The translations under genes were made by a program, and so were the position numbers. Shown piece by piece: positions 51,508 through 63,590 of a stretch of 64,000 bases of DNA (the first letter of the stretch is position 1; each line of letters begins with the position of its first letter). The stretch is from Mobula hypostoma (lineage: Eukaryota), in assembly GCF_963921235.1 (NCBI RefSeq), contig NC_086097.1, forward strand, positions 165,294,001 to 165,358,000, in the 5' to 3' direction. The notes beneath the pieces were generated by a model. The model saw only the letters and a program-made list of their open reading frames with translations, made no database searches and had not been told where the DNA came from.

Positions 51508-52354
51508 AGGATAACTTGTACAACAGGACAGTGATCCAAAACACACCTCAAAATCCACAATGGACTACCTCAAGAGGTGCAAGCTGAAGGTTTTGCCAAG
51601 GCCCTCACAGTCCTCCGACCTAAATCTCGAGAATCTGTGGATAGAGCTTTATAGAGCATTGCATGCAAGACGGCCCAAGAATCTCACAGAACTAGAAACC
51701 TTTTGCAAGGAAAAATGGACAAAAATCCCCTAAACAAGAATTGAAAGACTCATAGCTGGCTACAGAAAGCGTTTACAAGCTGTGATACTTGCCAAAAGGG
51801 GTGTTACTAAGTACTGACCATGCAGGGTGCCCAAACTTTTGCCTTGGGCCCTTTTCCTTTTTTGTTATTTTGAAACTGTAAAAGATGGAAATAAAAAAAA
51901 GTGATCTTGCTTAAATCATTAAAGAAATGTGTCCTCTTTAACTTTATGCCTTTTGGAAATCAGTTCATCTTTTACTCGCTTAGATATTCACAGTAACAGA
52001 AATTTTGACTAGGGGTGCCCAGACTTTTACATGCCACTGTATCTCTTTCACCAATGAACTTCGCAACTCTTTACTTGACCCTTTCATCCCACCGCCACCG
52101 TTTCACCTGTCACCTTGAGTTTCTCCCTCCACTCCCCCACCCTCTAACTCTGACTCCTCATTTTTTTCTCTCCACTCCTGCTGAAGGATGTCAGCCCAAA
52201 ATGTTGACTGTACTCTTTTCCATAGATGCTGCCTGGCCTGCTGAGTGCCTCCAGCATTATGTGTGTGTTACTTGGATTTCCAGCAACTGCAGATTTTCTC
52301 TTTCGTTTGTGATATACTGAGCTGTGTCCACAACTCTTTCTGATCTCTTGTGGT

Positions 52355-52900
52355 TGTAGATAGATACTTTATTGATCCCAAAGGAAATTACAGTGTCACG
52401 GTAGCATTACAAGTGCACAGATATACAAATACTAGAAGAGAAGTAAAAAAGAATTAAAAAATAAGTTACTTCAGACAGTCTAATGGGGGTGGGAGGGTGG
52501 TCATCACTTCTCCGGCTATAGTTTGACACATTATAGAGCCTAATGGCCGTGGGTAAGAATGACCTCACAGCAGTTTTTGAAGCAGCACAGTTGTCTTAGT
52601 CTACTACTAAAAGCGCTTCTCTGTTCAGTCAAGGTAGCATGCAGAGGGTGAGAAACATAGTCCAGAATTGCCAGGATTTTCCATAGGGTCCTTGGGTAGA
52701 GTTGTTGCTGTACAAACTGTGGTGCATTCTGATAGGATGCTTTATATAGAGCATCACTAAGAATTGGTGAGGGCTGATGGGGATATTCCAAATTTCTTCA
52801 GGAAGTGGAAGTGTTTGTGAGCTTTCTTGGCCATGCCATGGCATCTACTTGGTTGGACCACACAGGTGACATCCACTCCCAGGAACCTGAAGATCCTCTG
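52355..52900 (-). mobile_element. L2/Rex-like LINE 3' fragments
   Basis: (atag)n plus tttattgatccc tail as at 4000; minus HPLHATL..QRSAFSSRLRQL. Confidence 0.6.
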
Positions 52901-53097
52901 GCTAGAATTTTGTCATTTGAAGTTGGGCTGGAAGTAGGTCTTACCTGTCTTGGGAAGGCCTGCTTCTACATTATCAACCACAGGTGTTAAATTATTCTGC
53001 TTTCCTGAGAGGTATCATATTTTAATACGGAAGATCCTGTTATTGTTAGATGGATAAAACTCTGCATACTTGAAACTCTGTTAGTGGAGCTGCTTCA

Positions 53098-53330
53098 GAA
53101 TGCGTAAGTTTTTTTGCACAGAGAGTGGTGAGTGCATGGAATGGGATGCTGGCGGCGGTGGTGGACGCAGAAACGATAGGGTCTTTTAAGAGACTCCTGG
53201 ATGGATACATGGAGCTTAGAAAAATAGAGGGCTATGGGTAAGCCTAGGTAGTTCTAAGGTAAGGACATGTTCGGCACGGCTTTGTCGCCCGAAGAGCCTG
53301 TATTGTGCTGTAGGTTTTTTATGTTTCTGT
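53098..53330 (+). mobile_element. CR1 3' end
   Basis: gtaagttttttt.cacagagagtggtgagtgcatggaa...gagcctgtattgtgctgtag. Confidence 0.8.
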
Positions 53331-53911
53331 GACTCCAAACAAAAATATAAAATTCACAAATCAGTCCTTTTTATGCGCGAGTTCAGTTCTGTAATTTCAT
53401 CCTTAATTATTATTTGAAATAATTAGCATTTTAGTTAAATGTAAAAAAAATTGTGAGCTGATGTTGAATATTAGCAATATTGATGCTCAGATGAAAAATT
53501 GTAAAGACTATAAACCCTCTTGCAGATCTAAAATCTAAAAAAATTATTTAAATTGTGACTAACAATATAGCATAAAGTAGTAATCTAAAATGTATATTCT
53601 AAATAATTAGTTCATAGTTCATTTAGGCTTGTTTCCTTGATAATTTAATTGTGTAACACTTTATTCGGTGGTGTACAATCTTTCCAGGTATGAAGTTCAT
53701 AATAACCATTTCCGAGTTGTTTTATACTACTCAGAAATCAAAAGTGAGTCACCTTTTCAAACTAATGTGACTCTTGCATCAGGGCAATATAGGATGTTAT
53801 TTTCTAAGCAGTGCTCTTTTTGAGCAATGCTGGGATGCATTTAGTTCATTTTTCTTCAGGTGTTGCTGGCAAGGCTAGTGTTTATTACATATCGTTAATT
53901 CCCTGTGAACT

Positions 53912-54217
53912 TGGGGACATAGCCTCAAGATTCTGGGGATTAGATTTGGGGCGGAGATGAGGAGGAACTGCTTTTCCCAGAGAGTGGTGTATCTGTGGAA
54001 TTCTCTGTCCAGTGAAGCAGTGGAGGCTACATCAGTAAATATATTTAAGACAAGGTTGGGTAGAGTTTTGCATAGTAGGGGAATTAAGGGCTATGAGGAA
54101 AAAGGCGGGTAGGTGGAGATGAATCCATGGCCAGATCAGCCATGATCTTATTGAATGGCAGAGCAGACTCAATAGGCCAGATGGCTTCCTCCTGCTCCTA
54201 TTTCTTATGTTCCTATG
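53912..54217 (+). mobile_element. CR1 3' end
   Basis: gaggaactgcttttcccagagagtggtg...cctgctcctatttcttatgttcctatg. Confidence 0.8.
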
Positions 54218-54529
54218 TAATATTGTGCTAAGCCAGGTTGCTGTTCTGACAAAGCTATTTCCATAGTGTAGGAATTCCAAGATTTAGAACAAGTGGAATG
54301 ATGGTATATTAATTTGAGGTCCTTATCCTTATTGGTAGGAGCTGTAGATTTTAGAGATGAGGGTGAATTTTGTATTTCATTCTGCAGTGTAGTGGTTTTA
54401 ATTTTCGAAAGGTTCAGGTAAGGTATCTTTGGATTGGAAAGTAGCATTGTAATCAAAGAAGTGAGATGGCCAGCAGCAAGAAACTGCCAGTGAATTAGCA
54501 TAATGGCTGTCACAGGGAAGACATTAGAA

Positions 54530-55674
54530 CAGGGGTAGGCAACCTACGGCCCGCGAGCAAATATTGAGATACTATGCTTATCTGGCCCGTGAGCGATTTT
54601 TCCTTATTCTGAGTGTTTCACGCGACTACACTGATTGACATGCATGGCGTACACTGGCCCCAGGTTCCGTTTTGTTCCAAACCAAACTCTGGTATATACG
54701 AATGATGGGAAGGCAGACTACCCTATTAACATGTATTAGATACTCTCTGTGTACGTGAAGGTTTTCAGATGGGATCTTTCAAACTTGTAAACAGAAACAG
54801 CGTCTCTGTGTTTTAACAAGAAATCCACGTTAAATATCCAGATATTTACATATGCTACGATACTTGTTGAATAACTGGCGTTTCAAAATAAAATTAAAGA
54901 AAAAAATTCCAATGGCAATGAATGCAAAACGCAGGAAGGTAGACGCTGAGTGCCGAAAAAGCAGTGAAAATGAAGGAAATACCCGTGCCAGCTACAAAGT
55001 CTTGAAATGTATTGCAGAAAAGATTAAGCGTTTTACAGATGGAGAGTTTGTGAAAGAATGTTTACTGGCAGTGGTGAATAGTGTTTGTCCTGAAAAGAAA
55101 TCTTTATTTGCATCTATCACCCTGTCAGCAAGAACGATCACACAGCGAGTTAAAGAAATGTCAGCAGATGTTAAAAGTTGTTTAAGGGATGCCTGCAACG
55201 AATTGCATTTTTTTTTCAATTGCGTTTGATGAGAGTACAGACTTGAGAGACACTGCTGAACTTGCAGTGTTTGTGCGAGGAGTGACCTCAACTTTTCAAA
55301 TTTTTGAAGAGCTTATTCAACTAATTCCTATGAAGGACACTGTTACTGGAGCAGACATTTTTGAAGCTGTGCAGAAAATGATGTCAGAAATGAAACTTAA
55401 TGTGTCAAAGCTAATTGGTATCACAACTGATGGGGTACTAGCAATGGTGGGACAGAAAAACTAAACTGAGTTCTTTGATTACTAATTGACATCCTTGGTT
55501 AAGCACAAATGATTTTCTAGCATGTGTTATTCATTAATTTGAGGCAAAACATAGCAAGATGTATTTAAATGGATAATTCCCATATTTCATGTTTTTTATG
55601 GTATTTATCTGGCCCACCATCCGCTCATTAATACGCGATCCAGCCCACAGAGGCAAAAAGGTTTCCGACCCCTG
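54530..55674 (+). mobile_element. hAT (SPIN/GTF2IRD2-like) internally deleted element
   Basis: TIRs CAGGGGTAGGCAACC / GGTTTCCGACCCCTG; perfect 8-bp TSD CATTAGAA; KRRKVDAECR, FTDGEFVKECL, IAFDESTDLRDTAELAVFVRGV, ITTDG. Confidence 0.92.
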
Positions 55675-55689
55675 CATTAGAAGCTGTTA

Positions 55690-56590
55690 TGAAAGATGGT
55701 ATACAGCAGTACATCTAGAAAAATACAACATAATCAGGAAAAATTAAGGATAGTGAGTATGGTCTTGTGAGGGGCAGATCATGCCTCACGAGCCTGATTG
55801 AAATCTGAGGATGTGACAAAGCACATGAATGAAGTTAGAGGAATGGACATGGTGTATATGGATTTTAGAAAGACATTTGTAAAGGTTTTCCATGGTAGGC
55901 TCATTTAGAAAGTCAGGAGACATGGAATCAAGGGAAATTTGACTGTAAGGAATTGGCTTGGCTTGCCCATAGAAAGCAGAGGGTGGTAGTAGATGGATTC
56001 TTCCAAGGGGTTGGTTTCAAAAGTTTCAAAGGTATACTTAATGTCAGAGAAATGTATACAATATACATCCTGAAATGCTTTTTCTTTGCAAACATCCATG
56101 AAAACAGAGGAGTGCCCCCAAAGAATGAATTACAGTTAAATGTTAGAACTTCAAAGTCCCCCCCCCCAGCTCCCCTCCCTCCCACAGTGACAGCGGTGTT
56201 TTGCAGTGATTTGTTCTGGAACCTCTGCTGTTTGTGATTTTTATAGATGATTATTCCTGAATAAAGAAAAGGTATTTTAGTAAGTTCGCAGGTGACATGA
56301 ATGTTGGTAGAATTGTGGATTATGGAGGGCTGATGTAGGTTGCAACAGTCTGAGAAGTGGTAGATGGAATTCAACCCAGAAAAGTGTGAAGCAATGCACT
56401 TTGAAAGGTTGAATTTGAAAGCAGAATAGAGCGTTAATGGCAGGATTCTTAGCAATGTGGAAGAACAGAGGGGTCTTGGAGTCTGTTTCCTAGATCCCTC
56501 AAAGTCCCTCTGTAAGTTGATAGGGTTGCCAAAAAGGCAAATGGTGTGTTAGGCTTCATTTGTCAGGGAGTTCAAAAGCCACAAGGTAAT
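55690..56590 (+). mobile_element. Old CR1 RT fragment with a short LINE/SINE tail inserted at about 56010-56180
   Basis: G.SCLT.L, VYMDF.K.F.KV.HGRL, WLAHRKQRVVVDG, MEFNP.KCE.MHF. Confidence 0.7.
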
Positions 56591-56779
56591 GTTTATCTTC
56601 ATGACCACATTCATAAGAAAACTGAACATGCCTTTCACAACTCTAGGTTCTTTGCCCATATCCAAAGCTACTTCAAATGAAGCTGGAAACGGATGAAGCT
56701 TTAGCACCAAAAGAAATACTAATTTTAGTTATTTGTGAAGCAAACACCTAGCATACGTGAAAACTGTTGAATAACCTCC

Positions 56780-57460
56780 CGGGACGGGGGAAGAAGATGG
56801 CGCGACGGCAGCGTGCGTGGCCACTTCGGTGATGATATCTGTTATCTGTCAAGTAGGGGACCATGCACAATTCTGATTTGATGGAGATAGATGTGAGAGC
56901 ACGGAGGAACATCTGGAAAATTTCTGAAATGCCCACTTCGCTGCCGCTGCTACTGTGTGGTAACCGGAATCTCTGGAGCTGAAGGCCTTGAAATCCTCGG
57001 CTTTGCATGTTTCAGCTGCCGGGGAGAGGTTGAAGGTGCTCGGCAGAGGATGGCGCTTGGGAGGCTGTATCGGAGAGGCTGGTCAGAAGCTCAAAGTCTT
57101 CGGTCGGATGGACTCAGAGTCGGCTGCTTCCAAGGTATCGGCAAGTTGACGGTGCCTGGAGGTTTATGGCAGGGAGTTTCTCCCTTTTGCCACCTGCTAT
57201 CGGGGACTCGGAGTCGATCGACTTGGGACTTTGAGACTTTTTTTTACTGTGCCCATGGTCTGTTCTTCATCAAATTATGGTATTGTTTTGCACTGCTGTA
57301 ACTATACGTTATAATTATGTGGTTCTGTCAGTGTTAGTCTTTGGTCTATCCTGTTTTCTGTGATATCACTCTGGAGGAACATTGTATCATTTCTCAATGC
57401 ATGTATGCATTTCTAAATGACAATAAAAGAGGACTGAGTGTTCTGATGATCTAAAAAAAA
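56780..57460 (+). mobile_element. Non-coding retroposon with GC-rich AAGATGGCG 5' end and AATAAA/A-rich 3' end
   Basis: gggaagaagatggcgcgacgg at the 5' end, CpG-rich body, tgacaataaaagagg...ctaaaaaaaa at the 3' end; no recognisable ORF. Confidence 0.5.
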
Positions 57461-58909
57461 CATCCTTAAATAGGTGTATTGAATGGCACTAATGCAACTC
57501 CAGAAATGAATCTTAAAGAAATGCAGCAGAAGTCCACCAGCCCACCATGCCTGCATTAGTTTGTTGAAAGAATTGAAAATCAAAAGAAGAATTGCAAGTG
57601 TTGGAAACATGAAATAAAATAAAATGCTGGAGGTTCTCAAAATCAGGACGCATTAATGGGAAGAGAAACTGAGCTGATGCTGCAGATTGAAGACCCTTGT
57701 CAGGATTGGAAAGGAGACAAGGCAAATTTAAAGGTATAGGGAGGAATTTGTTTTTTTTAAATTTTTAGGGATGCAGCACAGAGTAGGTCCTTCTGCCCCT
57801 TCCAGCAATCCCACAACCCTGATCAACACTAACATAATCATGGGACAATCTACAATGACCAATTAACCTACCCAGTACAATCTTGGACTTTGGGAGGAAA
57901 CCAAAGCATTCCACAGGAAAGACATATAAACATTCCTTACAGTGATAGCAAGGCTATTGGAAAGGATTCTTAGCTGTAGGATTTGCTCACATTTAAGAAG
58001 AATATGAAATAATTAGAGATAATCAATATGGCTTTGTGTGGAGCATGTCATGCCTTACAAAGTAAAGGAAGTGATTAAAATCATTGATGGGAGATCAGTA
58101 GATTTTGTCCACATAATATTTTACAGAGCCCCTCAGGGTAAACTAATCCAGAAGATTAAGATACGTAGACCCTGGAGAAGCATCTCGTCCCAAAACATTG
58201 ACTGTTTATTCATTTCCATTGATGCTGCCTGACCTGCTTTTTCTGTGTGTTGCTGTGGATTTCCAGCATCTGCAGACTTTCTTGTGTTTATGATTTGCTG
58301 CTCCATGATCAATTGTTAGTTTGGATTGAAGACTAGTTTGTTCATAAGACAGAGGATAATGCTGTTGAGCTGTTATACTGACTGAGGTCTGTGACCAGTG
58401 TGTTCTACAAGGATCAATGCTGAGGCCTTAGTTGTTTGTGATGGACATACATGATGTGGACGAAAATGTAAAGGGGCTGATTAGTAAGTTTGCTGATTGT
58501 GCAAACCTTGGTAAAGAAATTTGTCAAAGGATACAGCTGGATTTTGATACTCTGCAGGTATGGTAGAGAAATAGCAGATGGAGTTTAGTCTCTGCAAGTT
58601 TGAGATATTACACTTTAGAAGGTCAAATGTAAGGAGAAAGTATAGAGTTAATGGCGGGACCCTTAACACCAGGGGTCCCCAACCTTTTTTGCACCGCGGA
58701 CCGGTTTAATATTGACAATATTCTTGCGGACCGTCCAACCGGTGGACGTGTTAATCACGACCGGAATATAGGTGATAAGTCAACTATAAGTCACTTATAA
58801 GTGGCTAATACACTCAATTTGGTTTCTAAAGGGGTTTATCTAACAAATTTAATATTAAACACACAGCGCATATTTTCCTCGCATGAATATAGTGATAAGT
58901 CAATTATAA

Positions 58910-59161
58910 CAGGTCCCAAACCTCCAGGCTGCGGGCCGAGGTTAGGCTAATTGATTAGGTGCTGCCCGGCACGTAAATGCCGGCCCAGATCAGTGGTGAC
59001 GCAATCAGCAATCACCTCTGATCTGGGCCGACATTTACGTGCCAGGCGGCACCTAATTAATTAGCTTGTCTATTTCAGCTGTTTCTTAAAGATGTGCTGG
59101 GTGTGTTCCGGCGACCGCTGTACTGCTGCATTCTTCGTGGCCCGGAGGTCGGGAACCACTG
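58910..59161. mobile_element. Palindromic hAT MITE
   Basis: 8-bp TSD AATTATAA (58902-09, 59162-69); ends CAGGTCCCAAACCTCC / GGAGGTCGGGAACCACTG; internal inverted repeat. Confidence 0.88.
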
Positions 59162-59611
59162 AATTATAAGTCACTTATAGGTCAATAGCATCATGACATT
59201 TTAAGTAACGTTTGGATATTAAACACACCGCACATATTTTCCTCATATGAACATGTAAAATCATTGCTACACACCAATATCGCTGAATCAATGGGAGCCC
59301 TGGGCTTGTTTCCCTGCAACAAGACGGTCCCATCAAGGGGTGATGGGAGATAGCAATACTCGAAGGGGGTTCCTTATGTCCAGTCTATTTCACAATTTAG
59401 TTTTCGTTGCATTCATTGCAGAAAACTCCGCTTCGCAGCGATATGATGTTGGAAATGGAAACAATGTTTTCAGTGCTTTCGTGGCTATCTCAGGACATTC
59501 AACCTTGACTTTGATCCAGAATGCCGGCAGAGGTGTTATGTCAAACATACTTTTCAGCCCACTGTCATTTGTAAGCTCGAGGAGTTGATCTTTTTCCCGT
59601 GCTGACATGGA

Positions 59612-60082
59612 AGATTCACCAGAAACATTCACAAATGTGAGTCCGTCCGTGGACTCACTTTACACCGCACGTTGTCGGAGCAGTGCTGCCGGGATAATCA
59701 AGGACAAGACCCACCCAGCTAACACACTATTCGTCCCTCGTCCCTCTTCCCTCTGGGAGAAGGCTCAGGAGCTTGAAGACACGTACGGCCAGATTTGGGA
59801 ACAGCTTCTTTCCAACTGTGATAAGACTGCTGAACGGACCCTGACCCGGATCTGGGCCATACCCTCCAAATATCCGGACCTGCCTCTCAGCTTTTTTGCA
59901 CTACCTTACTTTCCATTTTTCTATTTTCTATTTATGATTTATAATTTAAATGTTTAATATTTACTACCGTTTTGTAATCCAGGGAGCGGGAAGCGCAGAA
60001 TCAAATATCGCTGTGATGATTGTACGTTCTAGTATCAATTGTTTGGCAACATTAAAGTATAAAGTATGGGTAAAGTATAAAA
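59612..60082 (+). mobile_element. Young L2/Rex1-like LINE 3' end
   Basis: SLYTARCRSSAAGIIKDKTHPANTLF; (taaagta)n tail at about 60052-60080. Confidence 0.75.
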
Positions 60083-60639
60083 TGGGTCATGGACCCATTC
60101 CTTTGCACGTGTTGGGTCATTTGCATCTTGGGTCACTGATGACCTCGAGTGTGTTAAATTTCAACAGTGGGTGTGACAGGGAATGAGGAAAGGTGCAGCT
60201 GACTCATATCGTTTCATATCGCCAAATCATAATCATTTCCTTGCGGCCCGGTAGCACATGCTTTGCAGCCACCCCGGTACCAGTCCGTGGCCCGGTGGTT
60301 GGGGACCACTGCTTAACGGCATTGATGTACAGGGGAGTCTTGGACTCAAGGCTATAACTCCCTGAAAGTGGCAATGCAAGAAGATAGAAGGGTAAAGAAA
60401 TTGCCATGGCATGCTTGTCTTCATCAGTCAGGTATTGAGTATAAGCGCAGGAAGTCACATTGCAGCTGTATAAAGCTTCAGTTAGGCTATATTTGCATGC
60501 AGTTCTGGTCAGCCAATTACAGAAAGAATGTTGAGAGAGTACAGCAGAGGTTCACCAAGAATTGATTCTGGACTTCAGAAATCTTCGTTAAGGGATTAGT
60601 AGTGGAAAGGGTAAGTTTCAAGTTTCCGGGTGTCCACAG

Positions 60640-61462
60640 CCTATGGACTTACTTTCCAGAACTCTTCATATCATGTTCTCAATATTTATTGCTTATTTAC
60701 TTATTGTTATTATTATTTTGGGGATTTTTTGTATTTGCACAGTTTTTTCTACTCTGCGGTTTTTCATTGATTGTATTGTGTTTCATAGTATTTACTGTGA
60801 AAGCCTGCAAGAACATAAATCTCAGGGTAGTATAGTATGATACTGGTGTACTTTGATAATAAATTTACTTTGAACATCTCTGAAGATCTTTTCTGGGCCC
60901 AACATATTGATGCAATTACAAAGAAGGCACAACAGCAGCTATATTTCATTAAGAGTTTGAGGAGACTTGGTAAGTCACCAAGGTCTCCTACAGATTTCTA
61001 TAGATGTACCATTCTGACTGGTTGCATTACCATCAGGTATGGAGGGGCCACTGCATAAGATCAGGGAAAAAGCTGCCGAAAGTTGCAAACTCAGCCAGCA
61101 CCATCATGGGCACTAGCCTTACCAGCATCGAGGACATCTTCAAAGTTCAATACCTCAAAAAGGTGGCATCTGCCATTAAGGACACCAGTCATCCAGGACT
61201 TGCCGTCAAGGAGGAGGTACAGGAGCCTGAAGACACACACTCAATGTCTCAGGGTCACTTCTTCCCCTCCGCCATCAGATTTCTGAATAGACAATAAACT
61301 CATGCACCCTACCTCAGTATTTTTTTCATATTTTGCTCTCTATTTGCACTATCATTTATATTGTAATTTATATTTTTAATATGTATCGCACTACACTGTT
61401 GCTGCAAAACAAATTTAATGACCTACTGTATGCCAGTGATATTAAACCTGATTCTGGTTCTG
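60640..61462 (+). mobile_element. Two tandem LINE 3' tails (L2/Rex-like)
   Basis: Tail ending gataataaatttactttgaac (60874), then KKAQQQLYFIKSLRR...FFPSAIRFLN with an attaaacctgattctg tail. Confidence 0.7.
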
Positions 61463-61471
61463 TATCATTTG

Positions 61472-62360
61472 GCTTTTGTGCCTTTTAACTTGGCTTTGGT
61501 TGGATAGTATTTTATCGTTATTTACCTGCCTTAAATTTTATTCATTATCTAAGAACCTTTATTTAAGTTGTGTGAGAATCTTCAGCCTTTCTCAGGACCA
61601 AAAGAAAAATCCACATTTCCACAACCCATTGGGAAACAGTATTAGCTATAATGAGAGGTTGAAAAAATGGATTGTTTTCTCTGGAGCATCAGAGATTAAA
61701 GCTTATAGAGATAAAACAATGAGAGCTATAGCTAGATTAGCCAGTCTTTTTCTCAAGGTAGAAATGTTAGAAACTAGAGGACATAGGTTTAAGGCGGCTG
61801 GGAAAATGTTTAAAAGAGATGTGCAGGACAGGCAACACACATAAAAGTTGCTGGTGGACGCAGCAGCGTTCCCCAGCAACTTCTTTTCCTCGTGTGAGCA
61901 GGGCAGGTTTTGTTTTAGACAGTAGTAACTGCCTGCAACATGCTGTTGGGATGTTGACAGAATTGGATATGATAGTGATGTTTAAACAAGTGAATGAGCA
62001 TATTGGAATAGAGGGATATAGATCATGTGCAAGAAATAAGTTTAATTTAACAGGTGGATGTAGAAAGAGTATTTACACTTGTTGAAAATTTAGAATTTGG
62101 AACTGACTTCCCTGTATAAACCCACGTCATCTCATTAAATTACTGCAAGAAGTTGCTAAGACAGGGACACAAAAGTGGACCACATTGTATTAAAAGCTTT
62201 TGTGCCATTTAACTTGGCTTTGGTTGGATAGTATTTTATCGTTATTTACCTGCCTTAAATTTTATTCATTATCTAAGAACCTTTATTTAAGTTGTATGAG
62301 AATCTTCAGCCTTTCTCAGGACCAAAAGAAAAATCCACATTTCCACAACCCATTGGGAAA
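61472..62360 (+). repeat. 165-bp direct repeat (61472-61636 and 62196-62360), 2 mismatches
   Basis: gcttttgtgcc[t/a]tttaacttgg...gttgt[g/a]tgagaatc...cccattgggaaa present twice. Confidence 0.95.
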
Positions 62361-62907
62361 ACTACATCCTAATTTTCTTCCAAGATGACTGAGTTATCTT
62401 AAAATTATATGCCCTCACTCTTCTTCAAAGCTAGTGATATTTAGATCCTCTCTCCCCATTGCCCTACCTCCTCTATCCCCCAACACCTCTCCCTCTCCCT
62501 GTATCATCCCTCCCCCTTTCCCTGACACTAATATAATACACATTCATGGAATTTGTCATTATGTTCATCCCATGAGCATGGTATTATTTTTAAGAAAATT
62601 TGTAGTGCATCACTCCACGTCAAAATGTTGTGAGGTGCCATAAAAACTGAGCTTCTGAATAGCATGGTGTGAAAAACTTCCTGAATTACATACAACTTTC
62701 CTCTTTGGAATGATAAGTTCCTTCCTTTTTTAACCCAGCCCTCTTGAAATGATGGTATCTTTTTGGAACTGGTGATTATTTTTCATTTGTCATGAGTGTT
62801 TTTCATTCATTGCATTTTTTTAGATCATGTATTCATAAATTTTTAATGCTGTCAAATAAGCCTTGTGTATGATGTTTTTAGGATATTACATAACTTTGCT
62901 CTTTTAA

Positions 62908-63120
<213 letters not shown>

Positions 63121-63304
63121 TAAATCTGGGCTCTTGAGCAAAATTTCTAACGAGCTTATATGTTCTATGCTTAGATAGTACAGTCAGAATGCAAAGCTAT
63201 TTTGCTTTGTATAAGCAAACATGATTTCCTATGAAAATATACGGATACTTTCAGACAGGAATTTAACTAAAAGTGATTCAAATAAGCAAATGTTTCTCTT
63301 TATT

Positions 63305-63590
63305 TATTTTTATTGAGATACAGTGCAGAATAGGTCCTTCCGGCCCTTCGAGCCGTGCCGCTCGGAACCCCTGGTTTAACCCTAGCCTAACCACGGGACA
63401 ACTTACAATGACCAATTAACCTATCAACTGGTACATCTTTGGACTATGGGAGGAAACCAGAGCATACAGAGGAAACTCACACTGTCATGGGGCAAACATA
63501 CAAACTCCTTACAGACAGTGGCGGGAATTGAACTCTGGTCACTGGTACTGTAAAGTATTGTGCCAACTACTACGCTACTGTGCTGTCCTA
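63305..63590 (-). mobile_element. tRNA-derived V-SINE/HE1-like SINE (a related truncated copy at about 57760-57940)
   Basis: Minus strand ggacagcacagtagcgtagtagtt (A-box-like) ... gagttcaattccc (B-box) ... ctgtaaggagtttgta...gtttcctccc core. Confidence 0.75.

Larger units (their letters stand above)
48573..52039. mobile_element. Head-to-head Tc1 derivative made of two transposase 3' halves, with nested Tigger and CR1
   Basis: Both arms carry the stop-proximal sequence (AKGGVTKY minus at 48793; gccaaaagggtgttactaagtactga plus at about 51790); strand switch at about 50930; TA flanks. Confidence 0.85.
47870..52312 (+). mobile_element. Penelope-like element 3' part (47870-48570 and 52042-52312), split by a Tc1 fold-back
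   Basis: Homologous to 18509-19500 (ccaccaccaagcacatcttt...ggtatattggtgagac...caggttggaggagcaacac); pseudo-LTR resumes after TA at 52040. Confidence 0.85.
58670..60311 (-). mobile_element. Non-autonomous hAT, copy 3, with nested MITE and LINE fragment
   Basis: TIRs CAGGGGTCCCCAACC / GGTTGGGGACCACTG; imperfect TSD CTTAACAC / CTTAACGG; remnant FPFPTSYRCEAEFSAMNATKTKL. Confidence 0.9.
57990..62050 (+). mobile_element. Old host CR1 (+) in pieces 57990-58669, 60312-60578, 61637-62050
   Basis: Colinear CR1 RT/3' sequence (ISKFAD, acccttaac|..|cattgatgtacag, VQQRFT, |cagtattagctataatgagaggttg). Confidence 0.7.

Noticed and set aside
54852..55464. Domesticated GTF2IRD2/ZBED-like gene
   Set aside because: Frameshifted, internally deleted and bounded by TIRs with an 8-bp TSD, so a transposon copy
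61476..61844. Duplicated ORF MCLLTWLWLDSIL... as a small gene pair
   Set aside because: Produced by the 165-bp duplication; non-ATG starts, no splice signals or recognisable homology
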